Assembly: GCA_963692945.1 (NCBI GenBank)
Contig: OY843585.1
Location: forward strand, 1,320,001 to 1,352,000
Length of the DNA: 32,000 nucleotides
Origin: Bdellovibrionales bacterium
GTDB taxonomy: Bacteria > Bdellovibrionota > Bdellovibrionia > Bdellovibrionales > UBA1609
Reading direction: 5' to 3'
The notes under the pieces are model-generated. The model was not told the origin of the DNA. It did no database searches and saw nothing but the letters and a program-made list of their open reading frames with translations. Below are positions 26,617 through 32,000 of this stretch, piece by piece; position 1 is the first letter of the stretch, and each line of letters begins with the position of its first letter. The position numbers were made by a program, and so were the translations under genes.

Positions 26617-26748
26617 AATCTTTTTTTCCATGCTACTGGAGTTGGTATAGTTAGTATATTATGGTAGTAGTATGCAGATTAAGCATGCCATCAGACCCAA
26701 AAAAATGAGGGATCTATCAGTATTGACTTTGATTATTTTGAACTCTCT
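26572..26748. repeat. direct repeat: scramblase 3' end duplicated 137 bp downstream
   Basis: 26576-26611 (ctatcagtattgactttgattactttgaacgctctg) vs 26713-26748 (ctatcagtattgactttgattattttgaactctctg) match at 34/36. The match extends to about 40 bp with one more mismatch. The 101-bp spacer looks GC-richer than its surroundings. Confidence 0.9.
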
Positions 26749-26758
26749 GTATTCTCAC

Positions 26759-27622
26759 TTAGATTTTCTTTACATTGACATGCACTTTTAATTGATCTGT
26801 TACACTCCCTTTAAAAGAACCTTTATGAGGAGGCACTTCTTTATAATCTTTTCCAATAGCTATTTTAATATGTCGAACATCTACTAATTTATTGTTGGTC
26901 GGATCAAAACCTATCCAACCTAAAGAAGGCAAATAACACTCACACCAAGCGTGGCTTTCATTTGGTAAGTGAATCAGGTCATCTCCTGCTTCCCCATGAT
27001 ACAAATAACCTGAAACATATCTAGAAGGTATCCCCCAAAAACGAGCAATAGTTATCATAACATGAACATAATCTTGGCAAACTCCTTTTCTAGTCATTAA
27101 AATCTCTTCAATGTGTGAATTGGCATGAGTACTCTTTGGACTGTAAGTGAAAATAGAAAAAATTTTTGCATTCAAACTCTTTAAGCTCGTTAGAGGATCT
27201 GATTGCTTTTCTATCCCTTCATCTGTTAAAAAACTTTTTAATTTATCAGAAAATTTTGTAAAGTATCCAAACTGCAACCAATTCCAAAATAGATTACTTT
27301 GACTCATTTTTTTTAAATCCTCCCAATTTTTTTCACTCAATGAATCAGGGTATTTTTTAGGAGTTTTAACAGTCGCTTGAAATGAAGATTCAATTTTTAA
27401 ATAGATATGATCTTGTAAAATATTAAAAAAATGTTTCGTATTACCATAATAATCTTTGTAATGAAAAGTTTTAGCCGACGGAGTGATTTCTAAAAGATAA
27501 TTTTCTATTGCCTGATTTTCATCTTGTAAAGGCATCATACTTAAAACAAGAATATTTTCCCGAACAGGTTTATTATAAAAAAATTCAGTTGAGTGCTCTA
27601 TGGCATAAGAATATGTATCCAT
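26759..27622 (-). CDS. transglutaminase-like cysteine peptidase (Bact_transglu_N + transglutaminase core)
   Basis: 287 aa. Catalytic Cys in RKGVCQDYVHVMITIARFWGIPSRYVSGY, then His/Asp in ESHAWCECYLPSLGWIGFDPTNN. Confidence 0.9.
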   Translation of the reverse strand: MDTYSYAIEHSTEFFYNKPVRENILVLSMMPLQDENQAIENYLLEITPSAKTFHYKDYYGNTKHFFNILQDHIYLKIESSFQATVKTPKKYPDSLSEKNWEDLKKMSQSNLFWNWLQFGYFTKFSDKLKSFLTDEGIEKQSDPLTSLKSLNAKIFSIFTYSPKSTHANSHIEEILMTRKGVCQDYVHVMITIARFWGIPSRYVSGYLYHGEAGDDLIHLPNESHAWCECYLPSLGWIGFDPTNNKLVDVRHIKIAIGKDYKEVPPHKGSFKGSVTDQLKVHVNVKKI

Positions 27623-27624
27623 TT

Positions 27625-28611
27625 CTATTGCTCAGCTTTTACAAGGCCATCAAAACTACTTTGATTAAAATAAATTTCATTAAGAGTTTTGTCTATATTC
27701 AAAGACTCTTCATAAAGAGAATTTAAAAATTCTTTTAAATTCTGTTGATTAAAATAACCCTGTGTTAATTTTTGATCTATATCTTTTAAAGGTTTAAAAA
27801 CAGCTGTATCAGATTTTCCTTTTTTTTCAATAACAGAAAGAGATTCTCTCATCCTATCCTTACAAAACCTAAGTGAACCAGTAAATCCAGGAGAGTGAAG
27901 TAAAAACTCTGTAACTTTAGAGAGTGTTAAATCTAAAGAGTAAACTTGACGATAATTATCAAACGCTCCACAGCGAACCAAAAAACCCATTAAATCTGAT
28001 TCCTCCTCTTTGTGACCCAACAAGAAATGAATATGACTTTCAAACAAAGCCACTGTATTTTGAAATCTTTCAAGATAACGTCCTATCTGAATAAAATGCA
28101 CTACCTCGTTTTGATAAACTGAATCTTGAACTAAACCAGAAAAAAGATAACTAAATTCTAAAATATCTTTATAAAGATCAATGATTTTGCTAGGCCAAAG
28201 GTTTTGTAAATCCAATGATTTAACTCGCAAATAAATTTTATTTATAGGTGGCCACATTGATTTTGGAATTGTGGCTTGGTTCTGACGAGCATTCTCTCTT
28301 ACAAATTCCAAACAATTTAAAATAGAACCTTGATGATAAGTTTCAAATGTAAGATAATCAACTAAAGTGTAAGCATCAGCCAATAAAAAATCATCAGAGA
28401 TTTTGTTATTTTTGTCATTACTAGACAATAGATTCTCTCCTAAACTTTGTACACGTAAACTCCTAAAGAGCCCTTGCCAACTGGCAGACACAAAATCAGG
28501 AGAGTCCTCGGGTATCTCTTCAATCTGAACTAGAAGAAGACGGGAGATACAGTGAGATCTTTCCACATATCTTCCTATCCAATAAAAATCACTAGCAACA
28601 CGAGATAACAT
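27625..28611 (-). CDS. alpha-E domain protein (DUF403)
   Basis: N-terminal LSRVASDFYWIGRYVERS and a second FIQIGRYLERFQNT, the conserved ER motifs of alpha-E proteins. The ATG at 28611 is preceded by AGAGGTG. It stops 2 nt before the transglutaminase ATG. Confidence 0.85.
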   Translation of the reverse strand: MLSRVASDFYWIGRYVERSHCISRLLLVQIEEIPEDSPDFVSASWQGLFRSLRVQSLGENLLSSNDKNNKISDDFLLADAYTLVDYLTFETYHQGSILNCLEFVRENARQNQATIPKSMWPPINKIYLRVKSLDLQNLWPSKIIDLYKDILEFSYLFSGLVQDSVYQNEVVHFIQIGRYLERFQNTVALFESHIHFLLGHKEEESDLMGFLVRCGAFDNYRQVYSLDLTLSKVTEFLLHSPGFTGSLRFCKDRMRESLSVIEKKGKSDTAVFKPLKDIDQKLTQGYFNQQNLKEFLNSLYEESLNIDKTLNEIYFNQSSFDGLVKAEQ

Positions 28612-28623
28612 CAAAACACCTCT

Positions 28624-30093
28624 TTAATGATTGTTTAAAACCCAAATGTCTTTTGAACCACCGCCTTGGCTAGAGTTCACAATAAGACTATCTTTTTTTA
28701 AAGCCACACGACAAAGTCCACCTGGAACAATATCTGTTTTAAAATCTTTATTAAACAAAACAAAAGGTCGCAAATCTACATGGCGAGATTGAACCATGTT
28801 ATCAATAAAACAAGGAGTAGTTGATAGATTGAGCATAGGTTGAGAAATAAAGTTTTTTGGATCTTCCTTTAATTTTTTCTTGCAGTCCTCTATCTCTTTT
28901 TTAGATGCTCTAGGTCCGATAACCAAACCATAACCCCCTGAACCACCAACAGGTTTAACAACCAGTTGATCTAATTTTTCTAAAGTGTATTGCAAATCTT
29001 TTTTATTACGACACCTATAAGTAGGAACATTTTGCAAAAGAGGATCTTCTTTTAAATAATACTTAATTATCTCTGGAACATAACTGTAAACGGCTTTATC
29101 ATCAGCCACCCCTGTTCCTGGAGCGTTTGCAATGACTACAGAACCTGTTTTATAAGCCAAAAACAAACCTGGAACACCTAAAACAGAATCCGAACGAAAA
29201 ACAACAGGATCTAAAAAAGTATCATCTATTCTTCTATAAATTACATCCACTTTCTTGAGTTCCTTAATCTTTTTTATATAAATAGTATTGTCATTAAAAA
29301 GAAGGTCTTGCCCTTGAACCAAATCTATCCCCATCTGATTTGCTAAAAAAACATGTTCAAAATAAGCAGAATTAAAAACCCCAGGAGTGAGAAGAACAAC
29401 GGTAGGATTTTCTTTATTTGAAAGCTGTTTAAGAGATTTTAAAAGACGAAGAGCATAGTCATCCATTTTTCTTACGTTGCATTTTCTAAATAAATGAGGA
29501 AAGTTTTGCTTCATCACTTGACGACACTTCAGCATATAAGAACTCCCCGAAGGAACTCTTAAATTATCCTCTAAGACAAAAAATCCATCTGTTGTTCTTA
29601 CAATATCTGTTCCACAAAGACTCACATAAACATCAGAGGGAACAGATGCCCCTTTCATCTCTTTTAAAAAGTGAGGAGATTCATAAATTAAGTCTTGAGG
29701 AATAATTTTATCTTTGATGATTTTTTCATCTGTGTAAATATCTTTAAGAAAACAATTTAAAGCCCTCACTCTTTGAGTTAACCCTTGCTCTAAGAAATCC
29801 CAATCCTCAGCACTCATAACCCTTGGAATGATGTCCATAGGAAATATTTTATCCCCAGCACCACCTACTCCATCGTAGGTTGTAAAAGTAATCCCTTCGT
29901 TGAGAAAAAATTGACTACTTAAATTGTCTGCATTTTTAATATCTTGTGAAGAAAGTTTGTTAAATTCTTCTGCAAAATATTTAGAAAAAGGATGCAGCTC
30001 ATCTGTACGGGCAAATATTTCATCATAAAAATGAGAATTTTTTTGATAATTGTTCAACAATCTAAATAAGTTATCTTTCATTTTACTATTCAC
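28624..30093 (-). CDS. circularly permuted ATP-grasp type 2 protein (DUF404/DUF407)
   Basis: 489 aa, with the size and motifs typical of CP_ATPgrasp_2 (VLEDNLRVPSGSSYML, IANAPGTGVADDKAVY, VVKPVGGSGGYG, GGGSKDIWVL). It is the first gene of the triad. The start is either GTG at 30093 or ATG at 30081. Confidence 0.87.
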   Translation of the reverse strand: MNSKMKDNLFRLLNNYQKNSHFYDEIFARTDELHPFSKYFAEEFNKLSSQDIKNADNLSSQFFLNEGITFTTYDGVGGAGDKIFPMDIIPRVMSAEDWDFLEQGLTQRVRALNCFLKDIYTDEKIIKDKIIPQDLIYESPHFLKEMKGASVPSDVYVSLCGTDIVRTTDGFFVLEDNLRVPSGSSYMLKCRQVMKQNFPHLFRKCNVRKMDDYALRLLKSLKQLSNKENPTVVLLTPGVFNSAYFEHVFLANQMGIDLVQGQDLLFNDNTIYIKKIKELKKVDVIYRRIDDTFLDPVVFRSDSVLGVPGLFLAYKTGSVVIANAPGTGVADDKAVYSYVPEIIKYYLKEDPLLQNVPTYRCRNKKDLQYTLEKLDQLVVKPVGGSGGYGLVIGPRASKKEIEDCKKKLKEDPKNFISQPMLNLSTTPCFIDNMVQSRHVDLRPFVLFNKDFKTDIVPGGLCRVALKKDSLIVNSSQGGGSKDIWVLNNH

Positions 30094-30457
30094 TTAGGAT
30101 AGAAACTTTTATTTTATTCTACAAGTTGTCTTTACAAGATTATCCGATACTTTATAAGAATCAATTACCTTTTACTTGATAAATGGAAGAATCATCAAAA
30201 CTCCATTCCAGAAAATCTTTTAAAATAAATTTGTCTATTTTTTTATACTCAACTGTTTAATCTTTGAGCCTAGTTTTCGTACAAAAGTAGCCCCATCTAT
30301 CTGTACATAACCACAAAAACGCAACACCTAAACCTCCCTTATAAAGGTTTTATAAGTTTTTCATTTTTTTTCAATTGAAATATACAAAATAGTGTTTTAG
30401 AGTTTTCTCTAATAGTTCTAAACCAAAAAACTGTCTGTTGTTATAAACAAGGCAATA

Positions 30458-32000
30458 ATGTCATTTAAAAAACAATTTTTAATCATTTTCTCTTCCGTAT
30501 TCATCCTACTTATTAGTGGACTCATCACCTTTTATAACATCCTGCAAAATGAAAAAGCCATTGCTGAATCTGAACTCAAACGCTACGAATCCTATTTACT
30601 TGCGGATGAGCTAAGACAAAGCTCTGATGATTTAACACGAATGGCTAGAACCTATACTGTCACCTCTGATTCTAAATTTAGACAATACTTTGACAAAATT
30701 TTAGATATAAGAGATGGCAAAGCCCCTCGCCCTAATAATTACAGTGGCATATATTGGGATTTCGTAACAGCAACAGGTGTTTATCCTTCCTCTCCTGCTG
30801 ATAAACAAGTGTCCCTAGAAACCTTAATGAATGAAAAGGACTTTACTAGAGATGAGTTTAATTCTTTAAAAGAATCTAAAAACCGATCTGACTCTCTGGT
30901 GAAATTAGAAACCCAAGCCATGAACGCCATGATAGGACTTTACCCCAATGAAGATGGAAATTTTACTATAAGAAAAAAACCGGATTTGATTCTTGCTCAA
31001 AAAATTATGCATAGTCCAGAATATCACAAAATTAAAAAAGAAATTATGGAACCTATGCAGACTTTTTTCCAAGAAGTTGATCAACGTACTCGTCAAACAG
31101 TTTCTTTTTATAGAACAAAAGGCAAGAGATTGAATACTCTTATGCTATCTCTTATAAGTTTAGCCGTATTACTTATTTTTATTTCTTTTGTACTCATTCT
31201 CTTTCAAAAAGGAATAAATCAAAAAAATGACATGGAGGCATGGAAACGAAAGGAAGGATGGAAAAGAAAGTTTTTTTACATTTACACTAGCTGGCCTCTT
31301 TTGACCTTAGTTGTCGTCGCTTTTGCAATCAATTTAAGTTTTTTTTGGTGGACTAAAAAGGTTATTGAAGAACAGGTTCATTCCAACTTAAAAGCAGAAC
31401 TTCAAACCATTGTGAAAACAACTCATAAAGGTTCTATTAACTGGCTTGAAAAAGTAGAACAAGAATTAGAATCTTTTATCACTCTTTCTGCATTTAAAAA
31501 TAATTACATCCAATACAAAAGTAAAAATTTGGTAGATAAAAAGATCTCACATCATCTCTTTAAAAAAGATTTAAATCATTTCATCAAAATACATCAATTC
31601 AAAAACTACTTCCTAATAGATAAAAAAGGAAATATGCTATCTTCTAGCCAACAAAATCTTATTGGGAAAAATATTTCAAAATCTCTCCCTAAAAAAATGA
31701 TTTCTCAATTTAAAAGTCATAAAAAAACGGCTTTGATCTTCCCAGAAAATTTAAAACAAAAAAAAGAATCTCTTTTTAAAAACAACATATTTTTAGCTGG
31801 TAAACTTGTATCAAATAAAAAGGAAGAAGGATTTCTTATTTTAGAGATACCCATAAATGGAGATTTTAGCCAAGTTATACAAAATGGTCGCTTTAAAGAA
31901 TCAGGAGAAAGTTATGCTTTCAATAATGAAGGTTATCTTTTAAGTGAAAGTCGTTTTAACGATCAACTCTATAAAATTGGTCTCTTGTCTCAAGGAACAA
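30458..32000 (+). CDS. membrane-bound sensor protein with two extracytoplasmic domains (3' end outside window; output domain unknown)
   Basis: Not in the ORF track because no stop falls in the window; I translated it by hand. The frame is open from the ATG at 30458 to nt 32000 (514 codons). It begins MSFKKQFLIIFSSVFILLISGLITFYNIL (TM1). A helical domain follows (YESYLLADELRQSSDDLTRMARTYTVTSDSKFRQYFDKILDIRDGKAPRP..YWDF), typical of sensor-kinase/GGDEF N-termini. TM2 is LMLSLISLAVLLIFISFVLILF and TM3 is WPLLTLVVVAFAINLSFFWW. A Cache-like region follows, with ESGESYAFNNEGYLLSESRF. Confidence 0.75.
   Translation, partial: MSFKKQFLIIFSSVFILLISGLITFYNILQNEKAIAESELKRYESYLLADELRQSSDDLTRMARTYTVTSDSKFRQYFDKILDIRDGKAPRPNNYSGIYWDFVTATGVYPSSPADKQVSLETLMNEKDFTRDEFNSLKESKNRSDSLVKLETQAMNAMIGLYPNEDGNFTIRKKPDLILAQKIMHSPEYHKIKKEIMEPMQTFFQEVDQRTRQTVSFYRTKGKRLNTLMLSLISLAVLLIFISFVLILFQKGINQKNDMEAWKRKEGWKRKFFYIYTSWPLLTLVVVAFAINLSFFWWTKKVIEEQVHSNLKAELQTIVKTTHKGSINWLEKVEQELESFITLSAFKNNYIQYKSKNLVDKKISHHLFKKDLNHFIKIHQFKNYFLIDKKGNMLSSSQQNLIGKNISKSLPKKMISQFKSHKKTALIFPENLKQKKESLFKNNIFLAGKLVSNKKEEGFLILEIPINGDFSQVIQNGRFKESGESYAFNNEGYLLSESRFNDQLYKIGLLSQGT

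Noticed and set aside
26617-26712. Possible tRNA or tRNA-like gene in the GC-richer spacer (stem tatgc/gcatg with 7-nt loop agattaa)
   Set aside because: There is no T-loop (GTTCRANYC-type) sequence and no credible acceptor or D stems on either strand. Position 33 of the putative anticodon loop is not U. It is kept only as an unexplained spacer in the direct-repeat finding.
30338-30356. Palindrome CTTATAAA-ggt-TTTATAAG in the ATP-grasp/sensor intergenic region as a possible operator
   Set aside because: An 8-bp A/T-only inverted repeat is expected by chance in DNA this AT-rich, and there is no second copy or adjacent regulator gene to support it.
30905-31096. 63-aa minus-strand ORF
   Set aside because: It lies antisense inside the long open plus-strand frame of the sensor gene (30458 onward).

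Overview
Visibly AT-rich (about two-thirds A+T by eye) bacterial chromosomal segment. It is densely coding, and almost every gene between nt 3476 and 30093 is on the minus strand. All family assignments come from motif recognition in the translations, with no database search. Housekeeping genes: gltX (5' truncated), uvrB, ribE and clpB. The dominant feature is a nine-gene, translationally coupled minus-strand operon (5018-16219). I read it as a compact Agl-Glt-type gliding-motility / envelope-spanning motor: two beta-barrel OMPs, two TPR proteins (one of 1354 aa with a 57-bp x3 coding repeat), a small secreted protein, an FHA + AgmX/PglI-type TonB-C protein, one ExbB/TolQ channel and two ExbD/TolR subunits. 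This content, plus a secreted ankyrin protein and a PLSCR-type scramblase, suggests a Bdellovibrionota/Oligoflexia-like organism (inference only). Directly upstream and co-oriented is an uncharacterised lipid-type operon (16331-20294): HisC-like aminotransferase, GNAT-like protein, HAD phosphatase, PAP2/sphingomyelin-synthase-like membrane protein and a stand-alone E2-like acyltransferase. It is preceded by a degenerate FabD-like ORF. I consider this the best candidate for an undescribed pathway. Other items: an orphan D12-class (Dam-like) adenine methyltransferase with a small upstream ORF; a circularly permuted ATP-grasp / alpha-E / transglutaminase triad; and a membrane sensor truncated at the 3' window edge and absent from the ORF track. 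Structural oddities: a perfect 64-bp tandem duplication over the ribE start; a 36-40 bp near-perfect duplication of the scramblase 3' end 137 bp downstream; an A13 tract upstream of the ankyrin gene; and a 19-bp perfect inverted repeat after clpB. No rRNA, tRNA, CRISPR array, transposase or integrase was recognised.
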